This document shows positions 25,914-40,231 of a stretch of 64,000 nucleotides of DNA, piece by piece. The number at the start of each line of letters is the position of its first letter. Position 1 is the stretch's first letter. Source of the stretch: Eledone cirrhosa (lineage: Eukaryota); NCBI GenBank assembly GCA_964016885.1, contig OZ024745.1, forward strand, positions 133,858,001 through 133,922,000. The letters are read 5' to 3'. The notes under the pieces are model-generated. The model was not told the DNA's origin and did not search any database. It saw nothing but the letters and a program-made list of their open reading frames with translations. The position numbers and the translations under genes were made by a program.

Positions 25914-26922
25914 CATTCAGGAATAGAAGTTGGGTCGATTCTTCCTCTATATAACTTTGTCACTTCCATTCTCTCTCTCTATCTTTCCCTAGAAGAAATC
26001 TGCTGTTTTAATACCTGGAGAGGATCTGGGCTCCGAAGGGTTTAGAAATACCATAGAAACGTTGTATTTCAATACGGTCGCCTTGCGGCTCCCTCGGGAA
26101 TCACGGCTCCATACAAACATTAATGCCTGAACAATAAAAGAGATAAGGTTGTCTGGAAACTCTTGTATTACGAAAGAAACTATCGACTGTTCCACAAGAG
26201 TGTGGAAGATATCATCAAGAGCTTCTTATCTCTGTAAAAATGTTACCCAACGCCGCATCGACCGCATTTTGCTGTTTTAACAGCTTCCTTACGCTGAGTT
26301 TTACCATTTTTCTACGAATTCTCTCCCGTCTCAAAACTCGATGTCCGAGTTAATTTTGTTTATAACTTATGATAACTTATGATAGGCTAGGACAAAGAAA
26401 GTCCAGTATTTTGGTGTCATAGAAACGGTAGAGAATAAAGATAAGAGTAAGAATATTTGGGATGAAGAAAATAAAGAGATAAATGATGGAAGTTAGATGC
26501 TGGCAAGTAAATCAATAAATAAATAATGGAATTATAGTATATTGGGGTGGAGTATATGATATATATTGTATAAAACGTGGTATCAAGAATAAAACGTAAA
26601 ATAAATATGTAATGTAAAAATATGTGACGAAGTTATAGGGTAATAATTGTGTTAGATATATAGGTATTGTTACACTGGAGGTAATAACACTCTGAAAAAA
26701 GAACATATGGAGTGAGATCATATATATATACACAACTGGAGAGAAAAGAATTGCCAGGGGAGAATAATTTGCTAGGAAAAAAATATATCAGGCAGTTTTC
26801 TATTTTCTATAATCTATTTTATTTTATTTCCTTGCAGAGTTATTTGATGCAGACGTTTATTTCGATGGTGTATGGCGTGGCTGTATTCCGTTTGAAGATG
26901 TCTTTGTTTTATTATTGCTTGT

Positions 26923-27115
26923 GAGTGGTGGATTGGCAGTATCGGTAGAGTGTCGGACGCCATTCTTTGATGCATAGAGTTACGGCCGTTGCCATTCTGA
27001 GTTCAAATCCCGCCGAGGTTAACTTTGCCTTTCATCCTTACGGAGTCGATAAAGTAAAGTACCAGTAATGCACTGCGTAATTGTTGGTCTTCTGCCAAAA
27101 GTAGAAACAATTATT
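26923..27115 (+). mobile_element. SINE family A
   Basis: Matches the 13558 copy. Confidence 0.88.
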
Positions 27116-27286
27116 TCTTGTGTGTAATTGTGGTTGTATTTTTAGATACATCTCTAAATATTATGTAGGACAGTGACTATGTTAGTAACTACGGCTTTTG
27201 GTGAATTATATTAATTTTGGTTATATTTCTTGTTCAACTCGTTCCTTTGTCTTCCTACCTGGCTTATATTTATTATTATGTTATAA

Positions 27287-27480
27287 GGGCGGTGGATTGG
27301 CAGTATCAGTAGAGGGTCGGACGCCATGCTTTGACGTATAGAGTTACGGCCCTTGCCATTCTGATTTCAAATCCCGCCGAAGTTAACTTTGCCTTTCATC
27401 CTTACGGGGTCGATAAAATAAAGTACCAGTAATGAACTGGGTAATTGCTGGCCTTGTGCCAAAAGTAGAAATATTATTAT
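27287..27480 (+). mobile_element. SINE family A
   Basis: Matches the 13558 copy; TATTATTATGTTAT occurs on both sides (probable TSD). Confidence 0.88.
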
Positions 27481-27826
27481 GTTATCTTGTACATTTAACC
27501 ATTTGTGAAAATAGTGAAGTGGTATTTGCAGCAGCTCTTGTTGCATACATTTCAGGTTGAGCGAAAACGTAGACAATTTTTCGCTAACTCAGTTTGTATA
27601 TATATATAGTTATATATATATATATATATGTGTCTGTGTGCGTGTGTGTTTGCATATATGTATATATAGATATATAATATATACATATATACATACATAT
27701 ATGCATATACATATGTATATATATTTGTATATATGCATATATACAAATATATATACATATGTACATATACATATATACACATATATACATATATATCATA
27801 TATATACATATATATATATATATTTA

Positions 27827-27863
<37 letters not shown>

Positions 27864-27869
27864 ACATAA

Positions 27870-27926
<57 letters not shown>

Positions 27927-28614
27927 TTACAGTGGAGTTATAATACTTATTTGTATGTTGTTATACTCATTTATCTTTTATTTTTGTTTTGTGATAATAG
28001 TATTTACCATTAAATATCAAAATTTTTGCTATATTGAAATGAAAGTAGAATTTTAATAAATGCAATAACATTGGAAGATCTTTTTATTTTTAAATCTATG
28101 CAACATCAGTGCTATTATGAATCATCTCCAAATAAAAACAAATTATGCATGAAACAAAAGAATTTTTTTCTTTTGATATAATTATAGAAATTGTAAAAGT
28201 GTGTTTCAAAATGAATCTGGTGTTTTATGTTTTTTTATAGTTTAGTTTTCTATTTGTTCTATACTTTACAATGTTTCCTATGTGAAGGAGAAACTTGTAA
28301 CTTATTGATGTATTGGAATTTTAACTTTTATTTATAATCTTTTATATTGATGCACATTTATAAGATAGCTGTGCTTAGTTAAGTGAAATTGACTCCATTG
28401 GAAACGAAGCTAAATATTGTTGTGTGGAGAGAGTGTATTTCATTTTCAAATTTCCTGGTAGTCATTGAATATCTAAGAACTTTTGAAGGTTGGAAACCTT
28501 TAGTATGCCAAGAGTGTGATGCAAAATTCCTTACATTTTGTAATTAAGATATCCGAAATAACCCCCCTTTCTCCCATGCCTATTTGTAATTCAGGCAATA
28601 CTACATTCAGATTG

Positions 28615-28760
28615 TGAAGGTGCATGGCATTAGGCTTGCAATCGAAAGGTTGTGAGTTCAATTCTCGGACCGGGTGATGTGTTTCAAGACACTTTATTTC
28701 ACGTTGCTCCAGTGTACTCAGGTGTAGAAATGAGATGATAGGACTGGGGTCCCTATCATT
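28615..28760 (+). mobile_element. SINE family B, degenerate
   Basis: TGAAGGTGCATGGC...GAGTTCAATTCTCGGACCGGG..CAAGACACTTTATTTCAC. Confidence 0.7.
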
Positions 28761-28847
28761 AAATCACCCAAGACACCACCAACGAGATGTACCTTGGAGG
28801 AGGCCAGCTAAACCTCATAGGTGTGAGCTGGTTGCTTTGACAATACA

Positions 28848-29035
28848 ATGAACCTATTGTTCTAATAGTGTCATTGGTAGCTATAATAGTAGTGTATGAA
28901 CTTATTGTTGTAATAGTGTCATTGGTAGCTATAATAGTAGTGTATGAACCTATTGTTGCAATAGTGTCATTGGTAGCTATAATAGTAGTGTATGAACTTA
29001 TTGTTGTAATAGTGTCACTGGTAGCTATAATAGTA
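28848..29035. repeat. 48-bp tandem repeat, about 4 copies
   Basis: Unit TGAAC(C/T)TATTGTTGTAATAGTGTCATTGGTAGCTATAATAGTAGTGTA. Confidence 0.9.
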
Positions 29036-29708
29036 TTGTTTGCAGTTTCAACGTTTGTCTCAGTGTCGACGGCCGTGGCAATTTTGCAGGCTGACTTGCT
29101 AGTGTTTGTGGTGTTGGTGTTGGTGGTGTTGGTGGTGTTGGTGTTGGTGTTAGTGGTAGTGGTGTTGGTGGTGATTTCGCTTTTGATATTGTTACTGTTG
29201 TTGATGGTTTTAGTGCTATTTTTTGTTAGTGTGTTCTTCTAGCTGTTTGCTAAGTGTAAAGTGTTGCTGCTGTTATTTTGTTTAGAAGTGTGTGTTCAGA
29301 ATTACAATTATCATTGAGAAATGCTATTTAATTGTTCTCTTCACCGAGTGAGCAATTGTAGCTGGTCAACACCGTAGATCCAATGGGAACATCATTTTGG
29401 TCTCCATTTCTTTGGCTAAACACAGATGTTCCCTCTAGGCACCGAAGGTCGCACTCTTTGCACAACTGAGTCGGAGAAACAATATTTTAACAATATACCT
29501 CTTAAAAACAAAAGAGAAACAAAGAAACGTACAAAATTGTCCATGAATATTCAGAGATGATATATTAACAATTTCCAGTGGGGGTCAATATTCTACACCA
29601 AACATATACAGTACTGTCATAGGAGTGCAAATAGTCTGTTACTTCACATCAGATGAAGATGTTTATGTTTGCATAAATATTCTCAAGCTTTCATTTCAAT
29701 CTAATAAT

Positions 29709-29892
29709 TATTTCTACTTTTGGAACAAGGCCAGCAATTAACCAGTGTATCACTGGTACTTTATTTTATCGACCCCGTAAGGATGAAAGGCAAAGTTAAC
29801 CTCGGCGGGATTTGAACTCAGACCATAAAGGGTCGTAGCTCTGTGCTGCAAAGCATGGCCTTCGACCATCTACCGATACTGCCAATATACCA
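29709..29892 (-). mobile_element. SINE family A with 16-bp target-site duplication
   Basis: TSD ATTTCAATCTAATAAT at 29693-29708 and 29893-29908. Confidence 0.92.
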
Positions 29893-30312
29893 ATTTCAAT
29901 CTAATAATAAATGTTAATGAAATGTAAAGCTTATCTATTTGTGTAAACAAAGCATTCCTAAACAAGTTTACTTAATATATACTCTAGGGTCTCAAATGAT
30001 CGACCCCCCCCCCCCCCCCAATCGCTTATTAGTTTTTCAATTTTTTTCAAATCAAACCGCTCTTATTCCATCACAACCACCACCACTCTTTTACTAATCT
30101 ATCTCCGGCGAAATTTTATTTTAGGTTGTAGCATTCCTGCGACAATTAATTTTCATTATACATTAAAAAAACATTAGACATGATTAAAAACTTACTTTAC
30201 TAGAAATCCTATAACTTATGAAATAGATAGGAGGGCTTGGGGGTTTCAATATGAAAACTAAATGACTAATTCTGGTTTTTAAAGAAAGATTACCTAGAAA
30301 AATTACCGATTT

Positions 30313-30438
30313 TCCACCACCTCGACTTATACCACCACCTCCACTTATACCACCACCTCCACTTATTCCATCACCCCCACTTATACCACCACCCCCACTT
30401 ATACCACCACCTCCACTTATACCAACACCCTCACTTAT
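30313..30438. repeat. 18-bp tandem repeat, about 7 copies
   Basis: Unit CCACTTATACCACCACCT. Confidence 0.88.
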
Positions 30439-30509
30439 ATGCCCAAGTGTGTGTGTTGTTACTATTATATGGCAGATAAGATATGGAATATTAATAGTTG
30501 TCTGTTGTA

Positions 30510-30697
30510 ATAATTGTTTCTACTTTGGGAACAAGGCCAGCAATAACCCAGTGTATTACTGGTACTTTATTTTATCGACCCCGTAAGGATGAAAGGCAAA
30601 GTTGACCCCGGCGGGATTCGAACTCAGAATGGCAAGGGCCGTAACTCTATGCGTCAAAGCATGGCGTCCGACCCTCTACTGTTACTACCAGTCGACC
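30510..30697 (-). mobile_element. SINE family A
   Basis: Reverse complement of the family consensus; TGTAATAAT on both sides. Confidence 0.88.
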
Positions 30698-31224
30698 TGT
30701 AATAATACATTAAGGCCTCAACAAAATATACTCTGGCAACAGTATATTAAATGTGCTAATACAGATATATCTTCTCCAAATTTATCTCTCTTTAATAAAT
30801 ATGCAAAATGCTTCGAGCAAAAGAATGTACGGAAAAAAAGGCGTAGAAAAGTAGTTCCTGTTAATATATAAATATTTAATATAGTTTACAACTGGCACTA
30901 GATTTCTCTGTGGATTGTATATATTTAAATATTGGTGAAGATATTCACACTTAACTAAACTAAATTATCAAACAAGATTTAATCTTCCATCATGAGTCAG
31001 ACACTTTCGTTTTATCTCTCTGAACAATATATACACATACACACACATTCACAGACACACACACACATACACACACAGACACACACACACATACACACAC
31101 ACACTCACACATACACAAACACATACACACGCACACATATATCTGTGTGTGTGTGTGTGTGGCATATATTAACATATGTATATGTTTCCATGCTTCAGAG
31201 TATATATATATATATGAATGTATG

Positions 31225-31257
<33 letters not shown>

Positions 31258-31662
31258 TTGGTCTTTGCATGGAACAAATCTTAAAAACCTGTTCAACATT
31301 CTATTGTTCTCAAAATATGTCAGGTCAAAGACTTTGAAATTGTATATAAATAATTGTAAACATACCTGTACATAATAAAGTATATGTATATACATGTGAG
31401 TACGTATATATACATGTGTGTATGTATATATATATATACATGTGTGTATGTATATATATATATATACATGTGTGTATGTAGATATATATAAATGTGTGTA
31501 TGTATATATATATACATGTATGTATATATATATATATACATGTGTGTATGTGCGTTCTTATCTACATATGCTCGTGTGTATCTGTTTATTTGTACGTGTC
31601 AGCTAATCTTACTTTATCAAATGCATGCACATATGTATATGTACTCACACGTACACACAAAT

Positions 31663-31828
<166 letters not shown>

Positions 31829-32154
31829 TTCAGGGACTTGACTCCTTCTTCCTCCCGTTTGACCTGTGCGAAATTCTTTCCTTACTCACATTTCGACCAG
31901 GTTTGATGGTCTTTATTTTCTCTCGTCCGCGATTTCACAGAACATATGTTCATCGATTTCAGGGACTTGACTCCTTCTTCCTCACTTTTCGTTGCAATAC
32001 CATCTTTGTTTGTTTACTGTCTCGCTCGTTCCCCCTATTTACGTGTCCCAACGACTTTCTTTAGCCGTTGCTCGCACCAACCAGAGGTATATGGTCTTTA
32101 AAGCGATGAAATACCAATGAAGGCTGGAAGATCACTGATGAAGGACTAATTTTA

Positions 32155-32203
<49 letters not shown>

Positions 32204-32237
32204 AGATTTGAATGGATACAGTTTAGTTGAAAGGAAT

Positions 32238-32358
32238 TTATTGACACGTGTTTCTATAACAGTTACATAACCTGAAAACAGCTGCTATCTACAAAGTATT
32301 AGTTATGCAGACATTCAATATTTCAATGTTATTATTTACTGTCATTTCATCAGAATAA
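32238..32358 (-). ncRNA. Type I hammerhead ribozyme, inverted-arm copy
   Basis: Reverse complement of 34343-34463. Confidence 0.72.
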
Positions 32359-32897
32359 TATTACTGAGGACCTGTTTGGTTTTTATAGAGAATATTAGGA
32401 GGGAGGGGTGAAGTTGTTAGAAGAATAGTTGAGGGAGTGGTTTTTTGATAGCAGTGAGAATTTTTGGTGGCAGTGAGTAATTAGATTCCCATCTGTTGTT
32501 TTTATAGAATATATTATTGGTTATTTTTCTAAATCTATAGAAGGATTAGAGATAGTAAAGATATGCGTGGTTGGTTTTGTGTTTGCACTTAATTAACATT
32601 CAGACTTAAATTTTTCTTTCAAGTGTACGTATCCTTTCACCCACGCATTCACACACAAACATATTTGCACACCTCTACAAAATACATATACTCACATTCA
32701 CATAGTAACATGTTCATACTTACATACATATACACATGCATACATATATATATACACACATGTATTCATGTACATACATACGCGTTCATGTGTATACATT
32801 TTTATACTCAACTTATCTTTATATACACACGTATAGACACACACATATATACATACATACTCTAGTCTATGTGTATATATATACATATACATATATA

Positions 32898-32951
<54 letters not shown>

Positions 32952-33254
32952 CACTTTAATACATGAATACACTTACATCTAACTATACACATCAAACATA
33001 TATATATATTTACTTATTTATATACATTTTCACATATATATACATACTTATGGTCGCTTTTAGACACATTCATTATCGCATTTTTGCACCTATTCTCATC
33101 ACCATATCTTTCCATTATTAGTGTGGTAATTTGAGGTTTGTAATATACATATATATGTTGAGAAGAGATTGTTTTTATATTTTTCTAACTAGATTGAGGT
33201 TTATATAGTTGGGGGGATGTCCCTCTTTCATGTAATATTCGGCTTGTAGTGGGA

Positions 33255-33509
33255 AAAAATGTAACAACTTTAGCAGAAAAAGCTTGGACGCTCAGGGATA
33301 GCGATCAAAAGTTTACCCTAAAATGGGAGAAATTAACTAAAACCCAAAGCTTTTCCAGGAGCCAAAATTTCTGCAAATTGTGTAATCTTGAGATTTATTA
33401 CATAATCACACACAAGAAGAAATTGCTGAATAACAGAATTGAACGAACATTATTCTGCCGTCACCGAACTGAAACCCTTTTTTCCCACTACAAGCCGAAT
33501 ATTACATAA
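33255..33509 (+). pseudogene. C-terminal fragment of a Naiad-type GIY-YIG endonuclease
   Basis: TTLAEKAWTLRD..KWE..CKLCNLE..LLNNR..CRH aligns with the end of the 8570-10408 protein (TALSGVLWQLR..W..CDLCAEE..LNLR..CKH). Confidence 0.88.
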
Positions 33510-34342
33510 AAGAGGGACATCCCCCCAACTATATAAACCTCAATCTAGTTAGAAAAATATAAAAACAATCTCTTCTCAACATATATATGTATATTAATAA
33601 CCTCAAATTACCACACTAATAATGGAAAGATATGCTGATGAGAATAGGTGTAAAAATGCGATAATGAATGTGTCTAAAAGCGACCATAAGTATGTATATA
33701 TATGTGAAAATGTATATAAATAAGTAAATATATATATATGCTTGATGTGTATAGTTAGATGTAAGTGTATTCATGTATTAAAGTGCTTATATATATATAT
33801 ATATATAGATATATATGTATATATATACACATAGACTAGAGTATGTATGTATATATGTGTGTGTCTATACGTGTGTATATAAAGATAAGTTGAGTATAAA
33901 AATGTATACACATGAACGCGTATGTATGTACATGAATACATGTGTGTATATATATATGTATGCATGTGTATATGTATGAAAGTATGAACATGTTACTATG
34001 TGAATGTGAGTATATGTATTTTGTAGAGGTGTGCAAATATGTTTGTGTGATAATGCGTGGGTGAAAAGATACGTACACTTGAAAGAAAAATTTAAGTCTG
34101 AATGTTAATTAAGTGCAAACACAAAACCAACCACGCATATCTTTACTATCTCTAATCCTTCTATAGATTTAGAAAAATAACCAATAATATATTCTATAAA
34201 AACAACAGATGGGAATCTAATTACTCACTGCCACCAAAAATTCTCACTGCTATCAAAAAACCACTCCCTCAACTATTCTTCTAACAACTTCACCCCTCCC
34301 TCCTAATATTCTCTATAAAAACCAAACAGGTCCTCAGTAATA

Positions 34343-34463
34343 TTATTCTGATGAAATGACAGTAAATAATTACATTGAAATATTGAATGTCTGCATAACT
34401 AATACTTTGTAGATAGCAGCTGTTTTCAGGTTATGTAACTGTTATAGAAACACGTGTCAATAA
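34343..34463 (+). ncRNA. Type I hammerhead ribozyme with a stem II domain of about 90 nt
   Basis: TTATT(34343-47), CTGATGA(34348-54), A-ATGACAGT...ACTGTTAT-A, GAAA(34447-50), palindromic ACACGTGT, GUC triplet, AATAA(34459-63). Confidence 0.75.
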
Positions 34464-34610
34464 ATTCCTTTCAACTAAACTGTATCCATTCAAATCTTTC
34501 TATTTTTCTCCGGATTACTTTTGGAACTACAACTGGAACCGTCGAGCAAACTCTACGTGAGCTGTCAATCTACTGTGTGTAATATTTATATTACAACACA
34601 ACGGAAAATA

Positions 34611-34687
<77 letters not shown>

Positions 34688-35148
34688 CACATACACCAAT
34701 TAAACAAAGTCACAGGTATATATGTGTTTTGGCAACTTTTCACGATGTGGCTCAATGGAGAATTAATAAATTAAATAATCAGAGCAAAATACTATAGAGT
34801 AAAGCATGTCCAGAGAATTATTTGATAATATATATACATCATCTCTACTCCGAATCAGCATAATTAACCACACAAAAAATCAATTAGACCAGGCTATAAG
34901 AATAAAAGGCATCTATGAAGAAACAGTAAATAAATACGCTATTGCGGCGTCTTCGCGTGCAACCGCTATAGAATATTTACCCAACATTTCAACAGCACGT
35001 GGAAATTAATTAAATATACGGTCAACCATACATAATTATGTAAAAATTTATGTTAGAAATGCTTATATACATACCAGGATTAAATCACTAAATTCCAGTT
35101 GAGATGGTGTATATATATTATCAAATAATTCTCTGGACATGCTTTACT

Positions 35149-35360
<212 letters not shown>

Positions 35361-35362
35361 TT

Positions 35363-37110
35363 TCGTAAGTACTCTAACCCTTTTCAATCTAAACTATCTA
35401 ATGACATTTCAATATTCAAATCTTCTAAAAATAAGTTCATTTTCTCCGACAAAACTAAAAACCTATACGAAGTTAATAATAATTTACACGACCAACTATT
35501 AATAGATAATATCACCTCTAAATACCAAATAGCTAATATAAACACGTATCATAATATAAACAAGGAAGCTAAAGAATTAGCTGTTTCTTTAAAAATAGAT
35601 AATAGGACAGAAAAACTTGCTAAACGTAACGCATATACCACCCTTAAAGATCACAAACCTGACTTTATTAATCGTCCTAGTTGTAGATTAATCAACCCTG
35701 CTAAGACTGATATCGGTCTTGCCAGCAAAAAAAATTTAAATAATATAAACACATACATTAGAAATAAGTCTAAATTACTTCAATGGATAAATAGCTCTTC
35801 CGTAGTACATTGGTTTAATAAAATTAAAGATAAAAATAGTTCTAGATTCACCCAATTTGACATTGTAGATTTCTACCCATCTATCACTCAGACTCTTTTA
35901 GCGAAAGCTTTAAATTTCGCTAGAAAGTTTACCAATATCTCTGATATTGAAGAGAATGTCATCTTGCACGCTAGAAACACTCTACTCTTTACTGATAATG
36001 ACACTTGGGTAAAAATATCTAACCCAGAGAGCCCATTCGATGTCTCAATGGGCTCTTTTGATAGTGCTGATGTTTGTGATTTAGTCGGCCTATTCCTCCT
36101 ACACAGACTTAAAGAAAAATTCCCTAACCATATTTTTGGGCTTTATCGCGACGATGGTCTAATACTTTCCCATACCACCATAGGCCATAACTTAGATAGA
36201 TTAAGGAAAGACTTAATAAAAACCTTTGCTAGTTTTAATCTTAAAATTACTATTGTTACTAACCTTTCTAATGTTAATTTCCTAGATATAAACCTAGATT
36301 TGCCTACTGCTTCTTATAAACCATACCATAAACCTAATGAAAATTTAAAATATATAAATAAAGGCTCTTGCCATCCTCCTATAGTTTTTAAAAACCTTAT
36401 CCCTAATATTAGCCGTAGGATCTCCACCCTCTCTTCCTCAGAAGATATTTTCAATAAGGCAACCCCCTACTATAATAAAGACCTCCAAAACAGCGGATTT
36501 AGCGAACCGATTAAATACATACCTAACTATACTAACTCTTTTAAACATAAAAATAGGAAAAGAAAAATAATCTGGTTCACACCCCCCTACTCTCTAGCAG
36601 TTAAAACTAATGTAGGCAAAAAATTCCTAGAGCTCTTAGATAAACATTTCCCTAGAACATATAGATACTATAAGATCTTTAATAGAAACTGTGTCAAAAT
36701 TATCTACTCCTGCGGTCCCCCTATTAAATCTTATATTATCAACAAAAAATCACCTAGAGAACATCAAAATTGCTCCTGTAGAGTCAAAAGTGAATGCCCA
36801 TTACAAGGTAAATGCAACACCAAAGCCATTGTATATGCGGCTAAAGTGACAACCATCAGCAACAACCAACCAGCCACCAGTGAACGATATGTGGGTATGA
36901 CACAAGACAAGTTCAAAATGCGTTATTACTCACATGTCGCATCCTTTCGACATCCAGAAAAAAGATTCACAACAGCTCTGGCTAGCAGAATATGGGATTT
37001 GAAAGACCAAGGTATCCGATATAAATTGGATTGGTGAATTTTGAACCAATCTAAAGAATATGCAAGAGGAACAAGAAAATGCACACTCTGCATAAATGAA
37101 AAATATTGAC
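35363..37110 (+). pseudogene. Naiad-type PLE RT plus GIY-YIG ORF; 5'-truncated, premature TGA at 37035-37037, extreme C-terminus missing
   Basis: [78 protein letters not shown]. The frame continues ILNQSKEY..CTLCINEK after the stop. The first about 75 aa of the track ORF are microsatellite. Confidence 0.92.
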
Positions 37111-37277
37111 CTCGATGTCACGTGACTGATTCTTTTGAATTTGCCACCGACGCAGTAGGCAGTGATTTTTTCAATGGCTTGGAATTTAGTCCACGCTTTG
37201 CTTTTTTCCATCCACTGAATTATTTTTGTATAAGTTCCCTGTGTCCACGTATTGCCTGGAAACTTAGCTGAAAATAG

Positions 37278-37359
37278 ACTTCCCTGATGACGAAAGGCTT
37301 CTCCGTACGTTTCTTCGGAAACTATGTTTATTCCCTTTCAGAAACTAATTAGTTGGAGT
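37278..37359 (+). ncRNA. Type I hammerhead ribozyme in the 3' pLTR
   Basis: TTCC, CTGATGA(37284-90), C-GAAAGG...CCTTTC-A, GAAA(37341-44), palindromic ACTAATTAGT, U17, GGAG. Confidence 0.68.
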
Positions 37360-37525
37360 GAAATTTTAGTAAGTAAGTTAATTTTATAATTTTCTTATTT
37401 TACGTCTCTCATATTATTGTTCTGCATCCCCATGCATTGAACCACAAAGTTACTAAGACAAAACCTATATATTTGCTAGCATAAGTATGCATCTGTGTAT
37501 ATATATGTTACTAGATATACTAATT

Positions 37526-37720
<195 letters not shown>

Positions 37721-37744
37721 CATATATATATATATACATATATA

Positions 37745-37905
37745 CATGGACACACTAGAAGAGGAAGACCAAGGTTAACGTATGTTGATGCCCTAAGGAC
37801 AGACACTGGTCTGTTGGAGACGCAGGACATGGCAGCGATAATGAGGGACAGAGACCGCTGGAGAGAACTCGTCCATGGATCTCGGGAATTTTACCCGCCT
37901 TAGAT
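37745..37905 (+). pseudogene. 3'-terminal fragment of an RTE-group LINE within (TA)n
   Basis: [34 protein letters not shown] is a typical RTE C-terminus. Confidence 0.8.
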
Positions 37906-37907
37906 AG

Positions 37908-37982
<75 letters not shown>

Positions 37983-38407
37983 GGAGTGTGTGTGTGTCGC
38001 AGTGAATATATATATATATTGAGTTCTGGGTGGCATTGTGTGTGTGTGTGTGTACGTAAGAGTGCGAGTGTGTTTCCATGTGTATGTTTCTGTTTGTGTG
38101 TGTGCGTGTGTGACTATGTATGTGTGTGTCTGTGTGTGTATCTGAGGAAATGTTTCTGTGGAGTTGTGTTTATGTGTATGTTAATTTGTTTCGCGATATA
38201 TATGTATGTGGGTTTACGAGTACCAATGTATGAATGTGAGATCCGCCCTAAATGTGTGTGAGCCGAACTATGTATGTATTTGGTAAAAAATATATATAAA
38301 GGTAGTTCAAACTTAGGGTAAACATATTTGTGTCGTATTAACAAAGTTATGTTGTTGTTCTTTATGCGGATGCGGCATGATTGAATGGCTCAGAAGTTGG
38401 TAAATAA

Positions 38408-40195
38408 TCTCTATATTAATACGCTAATACCTACTACGCCCGTCCGTGTGTCACTCTTTCAGTAATACAATGGAAGGGGGGTGGTAAAAAATCTACAACA
38501 ATCTACGGCGAAAGAAAATCAAAGAGAGTTGCAACGTTTGGAAAGGAGAGAGAGAGGGGGTTATAATATAGAGAAAGGGGCGGGTTATTATATATATAGA
38601 GAGAGAGAGATGGCGTTATAATACAGAGAATGGGGTGGGTTTTTATATATATATATATAGAGGGAGAGGGCGTTATAATATAGAGAAAGGGGTGGGTTAT
38701 TATATATATATAGAGAGAGGGGGAGTTATAATATAGAGAAAGGGTGGGTTATTATATATACAGAGAGAGGGGGTTACAATATATATAGAGAGAGTGGGGT
38801 GGACTATACTATAGAGAGAGAGTGGGTTATACTATATATATAGAGAGAGGGGGTTATAATATAGAGAAAGGGGTGGTTTATTATATATATATAGAGAGAG
38901 AGAGAGGGCGTTATAATATAGAGAAAGGGATGGGTTATCATATATATATATATAAAGAGAGAGAGGGCGTTATAATATAGAGAAAATCGTGGGTTATTAT
39001 ATATATATATAGAGAGAGAGGGCATTATTATATAGAGAAAGGAGCGGGTTATTATATATATAGAGAGAGAGAGATAGAGAGTGGGCGTTAAAATATAGAG
39101 AAAGGGGTGGGTTATTATATATATATATATATATATAAAGAGAGAGAGGGCGTTATAATATAGAGAAAGGAGTGGGTTATTATATATATATAGAGAGAGA
39201 GGGCGTTATAATATACAGAAAATGTGGGTTATTATATATATAGAGAGAGAGGGCGTTATAATATAGAGAAAGGGGTGGGTTATTATATATATATAGAGAG
39301 AGGGCGTTATAATATAGAGAAGGGGTGGGTTATTATATATATATAGAGAGAGGGGGTTATAATATAGAGAAAGGGGTGGGTTATTATATATATAGAGAGA
39401 GGGGGTTATAATATAGAGAAAGGAGTGGGTTATTATATATATAGAGAGAGGGGGGGTTATAATATAGAGAAAGGGGTGGTTTATTATATATATATAGAGA
39501 GAGGGGGTTATAATATAGAGAAAGGGGTGGGTTATTATATATATATAGAGAGAGAGAGGGTGTTATAATATAGAGAAAGGGCTGGGTTATTATATATAGA
39601 GAGAAAGAGAGGGAGGGGGTTATAATATAGAGAAAGGGGTGGGTTATTATATATATATATAGAGAGAGAGAGAGGGCCTTATAATATAGAGAAAGGGGTG
39701 GGTTATTATATATATAGAGTGATAGAGAGGGCGTTATAATATAGAGAAAGGGGTGGGTTATTATATATATATAGAGAGAGGGGGTTATAATATATAGAAA
39801 GGGGTGGGTTATTATATATAGAGAGAGGGGGGGTTATAATATAGAGAAAGGAGTGGGTTATTATATATATAGAGAGAGTGGGTTATAATATATATAAAGA
39901 GAGAGGAGGTTATAATAGATGTAGAGAGAGGGGGTTATAATATATATAAAGAGAGGGGGTTATAATATAGAGAAAGGGGTGGGTTATTATATATATATAG
40001 AGAGAGAGGGGATTATAATATAGAGAAAGTGGTGGGTTATTATATATATAGAGAGAGGGGGTTATAATATATACATAGAGATAGGGGTGGATTATACTAT
40101 AGAGAGAGAGGGGTTATACTATATATAGAGAGAGGGTTTATAATATAGAGAAAGAGGTGGGTTATTTTATATATAGAGAGAGAGGGTATGTTATA

Positions 40196-40231
<36 letters not shown>

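Larger units (their letters stand above)
32199..34615 (+). mobile_element. Heavily 5'-truncated PLE: about 1.03-kb inverted arms around the GIY-YIG C-terminus, with a tail of about 112 nt, inserted in (TA)n
   Basis: 32199-33258 is the reverse complement of 33478-34502; unique core 33259-33477; tail 34503-34615; (TA)n flanks. Confidence 0.92.

Noticed and set aside
26838-26920. Possible plus-strand exon after TTTCCTTGCAG
   Set aside because: The apparent donor overlaps the start of a SINE and the peptide has no recognisable homology.
32130-32158. CTGATGA near the end of the 31830-32158 insert (similar partial cores at about 4350 minus, 46570 minus and 52718)
   Set aside because: No matching second half or stems could be built.
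37035-37037. In-frame TGA in a Naiad-type ORF as possible selenocysteine (some Naiads are reported to encode Sec)
   Set aside because: It falls in W-x-I, where the paralogs here have N or E rather than Cys. All conserved Cys are normally encoded, and no SECIS was recognised. A nonsense mutation is more likely.
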